Shown here: piece by piece, positions 28,270 through 42,539 of the stretch
Layout: the number at the start of each line of letters is the position of its first letter
How positions within the stretch are numbered: the stretch's first letter is position 1
NCBI GenBank assembly: GCA_951406725.2
Contig: OX597825.1
Coordinates: 37,200,001-37,264,000, forward strand
Origin: Octopus vulgaris
Lineage: Eukaryota
Reading direction: 5' to 3'
Length of the DNA stretch: 64,000 nucleotides
The notes under the pieces: generated by a model
The model's database searches: none
Seen by the model: the letters and a program-made list of their open reading frames with translations, nothing else
Told to the model about the DNA's origin: nothing
Translations under genes and position numbers: made by a program

Positions 28270-28566
28270 TCGTCGAAGATGTCTTGGTCATTGTCATCGT
28301 GCTCATCCTCCTCCCCATCATCATCGTCGTCGTCGTGTTCACCCCTCCTCCCCATCATCATCGTCGTCGTCGTGGTCATCCCTCCTCCCCTCCTCCTCCC
28401 CATCATCATCGTCGTCGTGGTCATCCTCCTCCCCCCTCCTTCCCCTCCTCCTCCTCCCCATCATCATCATCATCATCATCGTCGTCGTCGTCGTCGTCAC
28501 TCCTCCTCCCCTCCCCATCGTCATCGTCGTCGTGGTCATCCTCCTCCACCCCCTCCCCTCCTCCCC

Positions 28567-28597
<31 letters not shown>

Positions 28598-28642
28598 GTC
28601 GTTGTCGTCGTCGTCGTCGTCGTCGTCATCATCATCATCATC
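28270..28642. repeat. Compound (CAT)n(CGT)n(CCT)n microsatellite with higher-order unit
   Basis: Recurrent unit CCCATCATCATCGTCGTCGT(G)GTCATCCTCCTCC. Confidence 0.9.
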
Positions 28643-28951
28643 AACCTGAATTCTGTTCTACTTTTCAGATTCAGTCTTGTAGTTTGGCAATTATGACAGC
28701 GTTTAGAAGCTTATCACAGTTTTCGAGTTGAGAAGACATGACAGAAATTATTTCACCTGGATTAGATGTTTCTATGGTAGAGCTGACTGAGGTTAACTAA
28801 ATATCTCGCAAATCAAGGAAGGATAAAGTCGATAATATCCTAGGTATGCTACCCGAAGAAAATATGTGTGTATATGATGAAAATAGAATAAAACAGCATC
28901 CATCAATCATTATTAGTCCTAGCGATTTCTTACGACTTAAATTGTCCTCAT

Positions 28952-29103
28952 AGGCATGGCTGTATAGTGAGCAGTTTGCTTCCGGACTTCATGGTCTCAC
29001 GTTCAGTCACACTATGTGGTATCTCGAGCCAGAATCTTCTGCAATAGCCTCGGGCCGACCAAGGCCTTTTGGGTGGATTAAGTAGAGGGGAAACTGAAGG
29101 TAC

Positions 29104-29175
<72 letters not shown>

Positions 29176-29390
29176 TTGTGTGAGCGTGTGTCTTTTTATC
29201 TTTGTTCCCCTACGCATGACAACGGTTTTTGTACGTCCTAGTTTTTACGGCTAGGGTTTCGACAAAAGAGACGGATAAAATTAGTACCAGACTAAAGTAA
29301 AAATAAGTGTTGAAGTCGATTTGTTTGACTAAACTATTTAAGATTGTCCCAGCATGACCGAAGTCCAATGACTGAAACAAGTAAACAATA
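28952..29390 (+). mobile_element. SINE family B, old copy with internal (TCTA)n
   Basis: Colinear but diverged relative to 47251-47652; ends AATGACTGAAACAAGTAAA. Confidence 0.75.
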
Positions 29391-29499
29391 AATAGAAAAA
29401 GATAACATGTTCTCAGTTTTTACAGTTAATTCTTTGAAAAGTCATGGTTCGCGAGAACAATGACTCTTATTGGCTACTGTGAACTGAATCCCTTAATAT

Positions 29500-29935
29500 C
29501 CTTTCTACTGTAGGTACAAGGTCTGAAATTTTATGGAGAGGAGCTAGTTGATTACATCGATCCCAGTACTTGATAGGTACTTTTTTCACTGACTACCCCA
29601 CTAAAGGATAAAAAGTGAAGTCAACCACGGAGGAATATTAACTCAGTGTGTAAAACCGGAAGAAATGCCGTTAAGCATTTGTCCAGTATGCTAACGATTC
29701 TACCAGCTCACTTCCAGAACTGAGTCTTTTAATATCACTTTCAAATTTTGTACAAAGTCAGCAATTTTGGTGTAAGTCGATTACTTCTACACCAATCTTC
29801 AACTGGTACTTATTTTATCGACCCCGAAAGGCAAAAATCGATCCCGGTGGCATTTGAACTCAGAATGTAAAATTGAAAGAAATGCCGCTATGCATTCTTT
29901 CCGACGCGTTAACAATTCTGCCAGCTTGTCGCCTT
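29500..29935 (-). mobile_element. Two tandem SINE family A copies (~29500-29715 and ~29738-29935)
   Basis: Reverse-complement heads (TTCTACCAGCTC; TTCTGCCAGCTTGTCGCC), cores (TTTATCGACCCCGAAAGG) and tails. Confidence 0.8.
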
Positions 29936-31024
29936 AGAGTCTTCTAATATCAATAAAAATAACTAGCGCTTTTCGAACAGACCTCTTTGTGATATTTGTT
30001 TTGCATATAATTACAGAAACCCCATCGTCATCTCGTCAGAGATACAGGAAACCAGTGATTAGAGCAGGAAACCAGTGATTGGAAACACGCAGTCACTGAT
30101 GCTAATGTTAAAATATTGCAATATAAAACCACACGAAAAAGACAAAACAAAATAAATATTGCAGACAGCACACATCAAGTGCATTTACAGCCACTACAAA
30201 CAGAAAAGACACACATCTTGGAGAAAATCACAAATAAATAGAAAACATCACAAACAAGTCACTCGCTCGTAAGTTTTCAAAAATCCATTGTAGGTAGGTG
30301 GAAAACTGAAATCTAGTGTATTTGGAAATTGCAGAAGAGAAAAATAGAAATGAATAAATAAATCAAAACACTATATAACTGTAAACATCGCACTTGTCAT
30401 ATTTGATAGCTTGTTCACGAAAACCAAGCAATTTTCCACAATTTGATGGCTTGTTCACGAAAACTGAACAATTTTACTAATGTAAAGAAATGGCTAAAAA
30501 TGTGTGTCTTTTCTTCTACGCTTACTCCCTCATTCTTCCTCTTCATCCTATACATAAGTATACACAAAGATAGAGAAAAAGGACATGCGTGCGTACACGT
30601 AAACACACATACGTGTAAATGTGAGCGTATGTGTATGTGTGTTTGTGTGTGTATAATGGGTGTTCGAGCGTATGTGTGTGTCTGTGTGTATGTGTATGTA
30701 TGTATGTACGTATTTATGTGTTTTCGAATATCATATAAATGTACATAAGTATATGCATAAATATATAAAAAAATATAGGTATATATACATATGCATATGT
30801 ACTATATATGTGTATATACATGTGTATATATGTACACACACATACATTTTTGCATGCATGCATACATATATGTCAGTATATTATAGAAATTAAAATTATA
30901 TATTTTATGCGACACTACTTCTATTTGTGATGATAATTTCAATATTTTAATACACATATATACGCGCTTGCGTATGCAGGTATGTATGTATGTGTGCATG
31001 CATGTATATATCTATCTATCTATA

Positions 31025-31120
<96 letters not shown>

Positions 31121-31639
31121 TGTAGGTATATATACACATTGACATACACACACTTGCATACATGCGCACATATACATATGTCTGCGTGTGAGTATATAAG
31201 TATAACAACAACAACAATAATAATAATAATAATAATAATGATAATAATAATAATAATAATGATAATGATTTGTGTACAGTTGTTGGAATTTCTGGCAAGG
31301 ACAAGAGTTTTCAGTTGTTGAATCAAATGAAGCATTAGCCCACTGAATTAGCATGGAAGCAGCTGAGTATTCCGCAGCAATTCTGTGCCCTTAATGTAAA
31401 TCCCAAACACAGTCAGCATAGTTCAGTTTGCGACAACTTTGGGGCCTTTAAATTAACAGTCAATTCATATGGAACCCATAGCATTTCCTTCTAACCTATT
31501 TCACTCGTATGCCTGAATTGAACCAAAGCATCTTGGGTAAGTGTCAGGTCCACACACATCTCGACATACGCAGTGGAATCGTACACTGGATCTCATGGGT
31601 GTAAAGCGAACATTTTAACCTTCCAATTTTATGAGTTAG

Positions 31640-32012
31640 TCAGTTGGAAGAATCGTTAGTACGCCGGACAAATGCCTTCGGCATTTCATTCGTCTTTACC
31701 TTCTCTGCTCAAATTCCATCTCGAGATCTATAAAATAAATACCAGTTGAGTATTTGGAGTCGGTGTAATCGACTTACTCCCTTCTACAAAATTGGTAGTC
31801 TTGTGACAAAACTTGAAATCAATATTATTAGGTGGCCCGTTGAGAGAATCGTTAATATACTGAGCAAAATGCTTTGCAGCAGTCTTTACGTTCTGCGTTC
31901 AAATTCCATCGAGGTCGACTTTGCCTTTCATCTTTTCAGGGTCAATAAAAGTGTATCAGTCGGTCATTTGCTCACTCTGCCGAACATGTCCGCCTTGTGC
32001 CAATATTTGAAA
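31640..32012 (+). mobile_element. Two tandem decayed SINE family A copies
   Basis: AGAATCGTTAGTACGCCGGAC..., GTTCAAATTCCATCGAGGTCGACTTTGCCTTTCATC, and tails CTTGTGACAAAACTTGAAA and CTTGTGCCAATATTTGAAA. Confidence 0.75.
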
Positions 32013-33208
32013 CGAATTGTATCTCAACACACACACACATGTAGACAGACACATATACACAAAGACACATGCGTGCTTGCGTATGAATCAAATTCACGTT
32101 CCAGAGTCGAGAAGAGTGAAGTAAAGTTGTCTATGGCCTATGCTTCATAGAGAATGAAGGGCTTAGTGAATTTCTAGAGAAGTAAATAAAAAAGAAAGGT
32201 AGAATAGTTAGAAAGAAAGAGAATGGGGATTTTTAGAGGGAAAGGTACCGAGTGAAAAAGGGAGAACGCTCAGTATCTTGTGTAACAAGTAATTCTGCGA
32301 TAAAACTATAACAAAATTCAGTACTGGTAAAATGTGTGAGAAAGAATGAAATTTTGTGAATTACGGAAGACCTGCAAAGACGAAAGGGGGATTAGACAGG
32401 TAATGTTATGAAAAGACATGTGTATATTATATAAACACACATACACACACGTTCAAAGGGAAAGAAAGAAAGACAGAAGGAGAAAGAGAGAGGGAGAGAG
32501 AGAGAGAAAGTGGCAAAGAGAAAGGTTCATATATAACATGAGAATATGCGTGGAACAATGACAGAGAAGAGAGAAATTAGGGACAGACGAAATGGATAGA
32601 AGATGCAACCTTCTGTAATCTTTATGATGACTAGACCTCTCTTCAAAAGCCTCTTTCAGAATATAACGAACGATGCTTATTTCTTCGTGTCTATCTGTTA
32701 GTACTTTATAAATATAATGTTTCTTCCTTTTACTTAAGTGCTGAGGCCAATGCCGGGGCACCGAAGAAATAGTTGGGTAACGAAGAAGTTTGCTTCACAA
32801 CCATTAGATCACAGGTGCGATCACGTTTAGTTGTATTTTAGTGCAAGTGTCCTTTACCATGTGTTGGTGTCGCCACAAATCTCGTAGTGAGTGAAACAGC
32901 GTAAGCGGAAAAGAAATGGAAACCCACCGGATTGACTGTCTCTAATTCAAACGTCCTGCCTTGTCACACTGTTCTGTGCGCCGATTTTATTTGAGAATTA
33001 CGTTAATAGTGCGTATGTTTGTGGAATACTCAGCCGGTGTGCACTTTAGCTGTGTCACTCAGTTATTAGTACAGCAGGTGGTTAATTAGACGTAACCGAC
33101 GGTAGCAACCTTTATATATATATATACATGCATGTATTTATACACACATATCTATGGGTGTGTATGTTCCTATGTATATATATTTATACAAATATCTGTA
33201 TATATACA

Positions 33209-33311
<103 letters not shown>

Positions 33312-34467
33312 GTATATATCTATGTGCATGTTTGTGTGAATGTGTATATATATGTATATATACATTTTGGGCGGTGTGTCAACATACGCATTGTCATATT
33401 ACAGTTTTGTTTTCATTGTATTTGTTTTAATTTTTTATTTTCGCTTACCTGTATATAACATCTGCTTTTTGCGCGCACATATGTTTTTAATATTATTGTT
33501 GCACTTTAGAGGTGATGATGGTAGGTGTTTCTTTTTGGAAGTTGTATACTATATTCTGTTAAGAGTGTCTGTTCAGGTAGAATCTGCCCTTAGTATGCGT
33601 ACTGCCAGTGTAACCTACCAGATTGCCGATGTTTTGCATCTGCTGACATTTATTTTAACACTGATTAAACAGGTGAAAGGATATGACTATACTGGTATGG
33701 ATACAATGAAGAAAAGCAGGCAAAACATAGAAACATAACATAAACACAATAAACGAACAGAGAATTTTCATATAACATTTCTTTCCTCGCACGTACACAC
33801 ACGCGCACACGCGCATACCCACCCATCCACACCCACCCATCCACACCCACCCACCCACACACAATCACACACACACATAGAGACTTTTTAGTAGAACAAA
33901 TTGAAGAAAGAAAGCTTACTACATCAGTATTTACAATTTTTATTTGAAAAGCTACAAAAGTGACGCAACGTTAGAAAATTTTACTCCCGGCACTTATTAA
34001 CTTTGAATTTTGTATCCTTCATTTATACAACGTACATGTGTATGTGAGTGTGGCTGTGTGTATGTGTGTGTGTTTGTGTCTGCGTGTGTATGTGTATATG
34101 ATACAAGTGTGTGTGTGTGTCTCTGTGCGTACACCTATACATACTCATATATTACTTATATAGATGCATATATATATATATAGTTCTATATACATATATG
34201 TTTAATGAAAATAACTACAAATGGGAATACGAGAATGTTACTGTAAAAGATCGAGCAGCTTAGAATTGGCAATATTACCTTTTATTTGGCTTAGATTAGT
34301 ACTAGCAAAGATTTCGAGAATTTTCTTGAAATAAACCGTAATATTTTAGCATATTCTGGAATGCGTTTTGGACGCTGGTTCCAAATCTCTACTATGTCTA
34401 ACTTCTAAACTGCGTGTCTTGACGTTCACAAATTATTAGTACTTGCAATATACTGAATAATACACAC

Positions 34468-34502
<35 letters not shown>

Positions 34503-35655
34503 CACACACACACACACTCACAGGAGTGGGTTGAAGGTTGAGGTTCTTATTTAACTGGCCGCAGTTAAAATTAGTTTTTTTTACTTGACCCAACACTCAG
34601 TACATACACTCGATTAGTTCGGTTATAATGGATTTTAAAATTTACATTATATACTCCATTAGATAATCGTATAATTGAAGGATATATATATATATTAAAT
34701 AAGTTTATAAAGAATTGTGAAAATTATTTCCTCTTATATATCTTGGGTATTATAAAGTCAGTTATCACGCTTTGATTCTCTGTCTCGTATAATATTTCCA
34801 TTCATGAATCATGTTGATGGAATCGCTCTCTGTGTTCAGTGTTTATCAGACCAATATATAATTTTGGCTTCAAATTTTCTTCAGGGATGTATTCTGAATA
34901 TCTATCGAAAATTTGGTGCCGCCGGCAATTGTACTTCGTTTAATCTCCGTAACATCTATGGAGCTAGGCCAACATTTGAGTGAAACATTATTGGAGCAGT
35001 CCGAGTGCTAAAATAGGTTTGGACAATCTTGCTTGTTCTTAGCAGAAAATCGAATTAGTTTAGCCAATAAGAGTCAATATTAAACTTTATTTATTCTTTC
35101 CATATACTGGGGAAGGCAAAGTCATTGGCCGTCTCTTTTTGTCTAACTGATGTAATCCACATGAGCATGAAGAACAAATTATATATACAGCCTACATTCA
35201 TAAGGAGTGCTGTAGTAGATCTGCTTGTGTTTCGTAAAAGGTCCACAAGCATAGCAGAGATGATCTGGATGATTTTTACATTCACGGAGCATGATGATTA
35301 AACGGAAATAATCTAATAAAAATCTTCTGAAAAAGTGATTGTACAATTATATTTTGGACTGTGTCCCTCCATATTCGATAATAAACAGTAGCAGCCATGC
35401 ATTGAAGACGATGATATCGAGTAACACTCTTTCCTCAGTTTTCTGACCTTATGCCTCAATTAGAAACCTCTGTTACTGTTACTTCAAAGTATTAAATATC
35501 TAATCTAAATGACATCCTCCCCTCCTCTTCCTCCTCCTCCCCTCCACTCCTCCACTTCTTTTCCTCCTCTCTCCTCCCCTCCTCTCCCCTTCTCCTCCCT
35601 TCTCCTCCTCCACCACCACCACCACCACCATTATTATTATTATTATTATTATTAT

Positions 35656-36129
35656 TGAGTGAGAGAGCAGCGCATGCTGACACTGGAGTGCAAATATGCG
35701 AAGCTTAATATACCCATCGTAACTACCCGTCTGATAAGGGTACATCAGGCACATGCTTGAGAACCGTATATGCGCGACACATTTTTCTCCATATTAAGAT
35801 AAGCAGCGCTGCAGGTGGCGTTGGAATTTCCTTCGGGTCAAGTAGCCCAATCCACTCAAAATGTTCACGAATAAAGTTTAAGGATGATGAACGAAACACC
35901 CATGTTTCCAGGGAGGAAATATTCAAACCTCAAAGAATTTCTCTCAACGCATGGCTATAATGCTCCCCCACTACTTCTGCCTGTGATCAGAGATGCACAT
36001 ATCGTCAGCAACTAAGGAACATGGTCAACTGGTCAAGCAACTGACAAGCAAAGCTCTGGTATTAAGTAGATTATTTGCAGTAGCCAATCTTTTATACCAA
36101 AATGAAATATGTACATGTTAACACTTCCA
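35656..36129. mobile_element. ~480-bp non-coding interspersed element (family E) flanked by (ATT)n
   Basis: Colinear homolog at 45161-45653 (shared ACTACCCGTCTGATAAGGGTACA and ATGCTCCCCCACTAC). (ATT)n on both sides; no ORF and no TIR. Confidence 0.8.
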
Positions 36130-36198
<69 letters not shown>

Positions 36199-36199
<1 letters not shown>

Positions 36200-37862
36200 G
36201 ACAAGACGAAGAGTGTGATGCGATTGCAATAGATATTTTATTAGTTAAACGATATTTCGACAGCAAGCCTGTCTTTGTCGAGTTCTAAATAAAAAGTAAT
36301 AAAAATTCAAAATTATAGAAATTTAAATCTAAAATATGAACGAGAGCGGTCAGCATCCCCACGCTGATGGAATGACATCATCACTCTTTAAGTTTCAATT
36401 TTATAACTGGCGAAAAGAAAAAGACAGAAAAAGCGAGAAAAAGTAAAGGAAAAAGAAAACAGAAGAATATTTAATCGCTTTTGTATAAATTTCAGGATAT
36501 TCTCTTTTCATTTTATTCATTACTTCAGGGTGTGATGTTAATAACCGACAAACATATTTCTTCTCATACATTTTGATCGAAAGTGAAGTAGATTCAGAAT
36601 ATTTTCTGAGAATATGCACTTCCAAGTTTTTTATCAAAATTGCAGCTGTTTGAAGCAAAATGTTCTGTCGGACTACTGTTATTGTGTCTGACGTCATATC
36701 TATGCCCATTAAATATTTTGTTTAATTGTACTGTTGTACAGCCAACATAAATGAAGTTGTGTTTCGTGCATTCTGCTGCGTACACCAAATGGGACTCTGT
36801 AGCTGTTCCATCTTCTGTATAACTCATAGCATTTCTGTTATGATTCCTGATGGAATTCACTTGACTCCTGTCGTTGCACAAAGAACAGGGATTACTTCTC
36901 TTGCGGCTCTTTTTTAAGGTACAGCGTGCAAATACTCCAATGTTAGTTGTCTTGGAGTCAGAAATAGAGGTCAATTGTTCTCTTATATTTTTATTTCATC
37001 TAAAGACTACAATAGGCAGCTGAGGAAATATCTGTTTGAGAGGAGCATATTTTTCCGCAACATGCTGGTAACTTTCATGCAACACTTCTGAAATGCCAGC
37101 GAAATTTCAGTGCCAGTTAATCACTGAAGGAATTCTATCACATATTGTGTTGTGTTTACTAAAATTATACGTGATGATTTAACTTTCTTCGCTAATCTTA
37201 GTTATCTCAGTTGCTGTTTCCTTTAATCATGATTCACTGTAACTGCGTTTGACATAATGGTGTACAGAAGCATTTGTATGTTTCCAGCCATCCCCTATAC
37301 TAGTGCAAATCCGTTTTAACCTCCAAATTTGGGATTTCGGATTTGACCGAATTATATCATGTGGATGATCGGAGCGTCAGTGGAGGTAAATGTGCGATGA
37401 CGTGGGCTAGCAAAATAACTATGTCACTATTCTACCTTCAGAAAACTTGACTTTTGTGTTCAAAAGTTTAACGCAAGTTTTTGAAAAGCTAGACGTAAAT
37501 TTTATAGTTTTAAGCATAATAGCCACAGAAATGCAAGAAATCATCAATTAAACTATCCTGTGATCCTTTCCAGACAAAAAAGACTTCATCAGTGAACCGT
37601 AACCAGAGTATTGATTCATGACCATGTATGAGTGTCTCCAGTAACTGTATCTCGAATTTCTTCGAAATTAACTGTCACAGGTATACCCTTGGCGCAACAG
37701 CCTCATCTGGTGGTGAAAGTTTAGTCGAAACGTCATTGTATTTCTATGTAGCACAAACCTCAATAATCTACAGAGAAAATTTGATGGAATACTTTTGTTT
37801 GACCGTTTTTCGAAGGCATTTAAAATATCTATTCTAATCTCGTCTTGCTCTTCGTCTTGTCT
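36199..37862 (-). mobile_element. Penelope-like element, 5'-truncated RT plus GIY-YIG, with inverted terminal pLTR piece
   Basis: Minus strand gives LLRFVLHRN..F..FHHQ, ILWLRFTDEVFFVW (RYIDD), IYLH*RSDHP (YLHxxSxHP), and PCSLC..HLVYAAECTKHNFIYVGCTT..FNGHR. Segment 36199-36240 is the reverse complement of 37821-37862. A decayed hammerhead lies at ~36246-36286. Confidence 0.88.
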
Positions 37863-37920
37863 GTTTACCTTTGTGAAGAGTTACATGAATCCTATATAAA
37901 ATATTATTATTATTATTATT

Positions 37921-40900
37921 ACAATATGTGATTTAACAACTTATTTTGCTGGGTTTCATGGAAAGTGTCAGCTCTCCACAACCAGCAAATAAAGGTGACA
38001 CTTGTTTACTGGTCATACTTCAAGAACCCTGCGAAGTTCCAAGCAATGCTGTCCCAAGCAATGCTGATTTCTGTAGGTGTTCTACCTTCACACTTGCACC
38101 AATCATTTTAAGCTATATTGGTAGTTGATTGCTCATACTTCTAAGTGTACTAATTACTATTGGTATCACGTCTACTTACTTCAGTGACCACAGCCTTCGT
38201 ATTTTCCACTTCAAATCGTCACAGTTTAATTTTTCTTCTTTCACATTGATCCTGTAGTCACCGGGGCATGCTATGACGATAATCATACATGTTCGTTTTT
38301 TTTTATTCACCACAACAGTGTCCGGTTTCAAATGTCTAGTCGGGCGATATTACTGGATCATTGCATCCCACAGGAGTTTGCAATTCTCATTTTTGGTGAC
38401 CCGTTCCGGTGTTTGTTCATACCACATCTTTGCAGTATGTAGAACGTGATTGCTACAGAGCTGTCAATGGATCTTTCTTGCAACATTGTTATGGCGTCGT
38501 TTGTATTCGCGTTGTATTCGCCAATTTCGTGCATTCGCTAACGATGTTCCATACCCTTTCACCCTCTCACCGCACATTCTGCATTTGTCGCTATCGATAA
38601 TGTTGTCAATACTGCACTTCATATAATTGGTCCTTAATTCTTGTTCCTGAGCTGCGCATATGAGTGCATCTACCTCTATCTTCAGATCACTATTTCTCAT
38701 TCATAGCGACTGGCCCCTTGTACTTGTCTCGGTGTTCACATCTCTTGCAAACTGACCGTACATGTTCTTTTCTTTTCATGCTTTTTCATTTTTTTTGTTC
38801 ATTTCCAGATTGAATTTTTCTTTTGTTACAAATTTTCAGTTTTGATGCTGCCGGCTTTCTTCGTGTGTTTCAACAGTGTCTTCACAGCATTTTTTATATA
38901 CCACCCTTATCTGTTTTCTTTTGCTTCGATACAGTCCTGGCAACTGATCAAATCTCTCCCACCTTTTCTTTTGGTCAAGTACAACCCCTCGGTGTCACTG
39001 TTAGAGTGAAAGTCTCCGTGTACTGTGAACATTTTTCTGGTCTTGGTATCGATTTTCTTCATGTCTCTCTTTTACCATTTTATAATTCCCGCTCCATACC
39101 GAAGTGATGCTATTGCCCACGTATTATGAACTGCTTGGATTTGATTCCTTTCAGTCAATTTTGAACGAAACACCAACCTCAGTCTTCGGAAATGCTCCAT
39201 CCTCAGTTGCTCTTTCATTTCCTTTTCCATTATCTCGTTGCACTCTAGTACAAGTCCCTGCTATGGACTGTACCTTGTTGCTATGAAGGAAGATTATTCC
39301 GCACTTCTTGAATCCAAATTCCATTCTAATATCGATGGACCGTGTTCACCAAGGAAAACAATTGTGTCTCATCCTTGCCATACAGTTTCAAATCATCCAT
39401 GACGAGGAGGTGGTTGATTGTTGGGGATTTTTCCTTTGGTTGGCATGCCAGGTTCATTTTCCTAAGTACCAAGGTCAGGGGTATCATGCATAGAACAAAA
39501 AGCAATGGAAATAGGCTAATACCCTGGAAAATACCTCTTCTGATGCCCAGGGTGTCCAAACGTTTTCAGTAAGATGTCATTTCAGTTTTCCATCCCACCA
39601 TACTTCTCTGCAGGAAACACGTTACATCCTTCGCAATTCCAAACAGATCTAAAGACTCAATGGATCACGAATGTGGAATCATATCATAAACTTTCCGACA
39701 GTCAATCCAGGCCGTTCTCAGATTTGTTCTCCTCAGTTTACAATCTTGCATTACCACTTTGTCTATCAATAGTTGAACTTAGGTACTTCTGCATCTCCTT
39801 CTACAACCATTTTGTTCTGGCGGTAATGTATCGTTCTCACCAAGAAATTAATACAGTTCTTCTGCAATTCTTCCTGACAGTAATGTCCACATTAATGGGA
39901 GGCAGGTATTTGCTCTGTCATTGTCAGCAGAAATTTCCTTTGAAGCATCCTTCAGGCACCGTTCGTCCTTTTGTCAACCAGGCTAGGATCTCTTCTTCAT
40001 TGATCAATTTATGGTAACTACTGATCGATTTTATTCAAAATTCTTGTACACCATCAGGTCCTGCTGTTTTCCTATTGCTTATCGTTTTACTCATACTTCT
40101 GTTACTGTCTTTTGTGAAGTGGATAGCCTCTTGCTGGTGGTAAGAATATGTTTGCTTTAGGCTGCAGAGCCATTCAGCTGCAGTATTATGTTGTTCTTGC
40201 TTACTCAATATCTTACCCCAGAAAAGTCGACTTTGACCAGTATTAGGGACTAACCTTGTACATTTATTATCGTCATTAAACTCTTGGTAACATCTTTTTT
40301 GGTCGGTTTTAAACAATTTGTTTTGCTGGTATTGCTTAATCCGTTATTCAGACCTAGTTAGCTTTGTTATTTTTACATGTATGCGCTGCTTCAGTTCTTC
40401 AATTACAACATTCAAGCCTTTTGTATCTACACTATACTTCTTCCTAGTTTTTTTCGAATTTCCATTCATTCTTAAATTCTCCATTTCTTTTCTTAAGAAG
40501 TATTGACACTACACTGTTCAAGGAGTTTATGTCTTCTGAAATTCTCCTTTTCCACCACGGTTGTTTATTTCCTTTTCTATCCGTCACTGTTCTATTCTCA
40601 GTAGTTCTCAGTTCCATCCTTTCCTCCACGGTCCTGCTGGCAGCCTTGATAAGATTATTAGTTTGTGTGATGTTCTTTGTTTCTATGTGTCTCAGTACAT
40701 TACTAACTTTATTCGTTTTTTGATTGTGTCTCCATTGTTAGCCATCTTAAAGTCGCACATAAATTCCCTCCCTGCAGTATTTAATAGATCCCATATTCTG
40801 TGCATTATTAATCGATCTTCATTGTTTGAGTAGTCACTGACCTCAATTCATTCACAATTCAGCGTATTATATTCTTGCAAACAATTGTCCATCTCTTCCA

Positions 40901-41389
40901 TTATGCCACTTTCGTTTCTCGCATGCCCAGCATTACCCGATATCATTCTTTTAATAGCTTCTAGCTCCAATTCTGTCAAGCATCCATTGTTTCGTATGGC
41001 TCTCCCTTGGTCACATAATATCTGTTCAGTAATTTCGAACAGTTCCATTGCCTTCCTTTCACTGTGCATTCGTTTTCTGTACCATTTGACAGACAAGCCA
41101 TTCGCATCCCCTGGGATGCTCCGGTAGTAAGATTCCATAACCATCATGTTTACTTGTTTACTCCATTTACGTCTTGTAGCTTGGCTAGCAGTTGCTGGAT
41201 TATAAACGTGCCTACCCAGCTGAATCGTGGGGCACCTGCCGAGTGCGGCACCTTCACCATTGGTTCCAGTCCCGTTCACACTATTATCGTCATCTATTTT
41301 TTTTGACGTTTTCACTAACAAATAAGGTGTGTTTTTAGGTTATTACCAAACGGTATTTTTATCGAGATACCCTCTCTATCAAGGTGGTT
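37921..41389 (-). mobile_element. Near full-length decayed R4/Dong-clade non-LTR retrotransposon (RT plus restriction-like endonuclease)
   Basis: Ordered fragments RRKWSKQVN..YYRS..YRKRMH..LCDQGRAIR, PWWKRRI, FKTDQKRCY, AGPDGVQ, RGIFQGISLFPLLF, INHLLVMDDLKLYG, LICAAQEQ..CRMC..EYKRRHN, KPDTVVV and ACPGD. Both ends lie in (TAA)n. Confidence 0.93.
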
Positions 41390-41408
41390 TATTATTATTA
41401 TTATTATT

Positions 41409-41441
<33 letters not shown>

Positions 41442-41515
41442 ATTTTTGTTGTTGCTGCTGTTGTTGTTGTTGTTGTTGTTGTTGCTGCTGCTGCTGTTAC
41501 TGTTGTTATTATTAT

Positions 41516-42008
41516 ATGCCTGAAATTTGCTTTGTGTTTATACAAAGTCTCACCCAGAGACCTCAAAAGACAACAAGGTAGAAGTTCAAGTTGGTGTTAT
41601 TTCTAAGGTGCCATAAAATTGGTCTTGCACAAAACATTGTTCTAGAGAATGTTTAAGAATACAAACAAATTATAAGTTTCTTTTACAATTTGGAATTACA
41701 TACACAGTATTTTACGTACGATATGGGCTGTTCCTGTGAGCCCTATTTTTTAAATTTCTTCCATGTTGGGATTTCCTGGTATCTGAGCTAGGTAGCAATC
41801 AGCCCATTTTGCTATCATTCGTAGGGCAGCTATGACAACAGGTATTGCTTTAGTATTGAGGTTCCACATTTTGTCGATTTCTATTTCCCGTTCTTTATAC
41901 TTGCACAGTTTTTGGTAGGGCTTGACAGATACATTTATGTCAATTGGGACAGCCATATCGATGAGAAGGCATGATTTTGTCTGGCCTATTCGCATCTATC
42001 TTTTTGTC

Positions 42009-42010
<2 letters not shown>
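41516..42010 (-). mobile_element. R4/Dong family-2 3' fragment (RLE plus 3'UTR)
   Basis: LLIDMAVPIDINVSVK..KYKEREIEIDKMW..IPVVIAAL; flanked by (TAA/CAA)n. Confidence 0.88.
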
Positions 42011-42061
<51 letters not shown>

Positions 42062-42066
42062 GATTA

Positions 42067-42420
42067 TTACCTCGCCCTAAGCGAAGGCGGAGGTATTGTT
42101 TTCAGTCGCGTTTGTTTGTCCACGGAGAAAATATCTCAAAAACCGCTGGATTGATTAGGATGAAACTTTCAGGGATATTTGGCCTCGTGACTGTCACGAA
42201 TCGATTAGATTTTGAGATCGATCCAGTACCGGACACGGATTCTGGATTATTTTTATTGTTGTTTTACTTAATTCACTTAATTTTTGAGAGCGGTCGGGTT
42301 CATTTTAAGTATTCTCGTTTGTTAGAGCAGTCGAGTTTATTTCAGATATTCTCATTTTAAAAATCATCTCTGGCTAATTGTTGTGAAGACGTTAGTGTTG
42401 CCTTGGCGGAGGTTTGCTCT
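42067..42420 (+). mobile_element. Helentron-associated non-autonomous element (HINE/DINE-1-like)
   Basis: 5' palindrome TACCTCGCC..GGCGGAGGTA, GTTTGTTTGTCC microsatellite, AATATCTCAAAAACC..GATGAAACTT core, and 3' subTIR GGCGGAGGT; inserted in (ATT)n. Confidence 0.75.
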
Positions 42421-42455
42421 TATTATTATTGTTGTTGTTGTTGTTATTATTATTA

Positions 42456-42536
<81 letters not shown>

Positions 42537-42539
<3 letters not shown>

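Noticed and set aside
30043-30085. 20-bp tandem duplication (also a 22-bp one at ~16921-16968)
   Set aside because: Ordinary two-copy slippage duplications.
34880-35330. Possible RTE RT remnant (also EN-like ~19640-19860 and CR1-like ~20800-21140)
   Set aside because: Only one or two degenerate motifs each; too weak to list as features.
37700-37740. Plus-strand hammerhead-like CTGGTGG...CGAAACGTC
   Set aside because: No stem II, and the opposite strand is continuous Penelope RT coding sequence.
41316-41390. HDV-like ribozyme at the 5' end of the Dong element
   Set aside because: Plausible for this clade, but I could not build the P1-P4 nested pseudoknot from the sequence.
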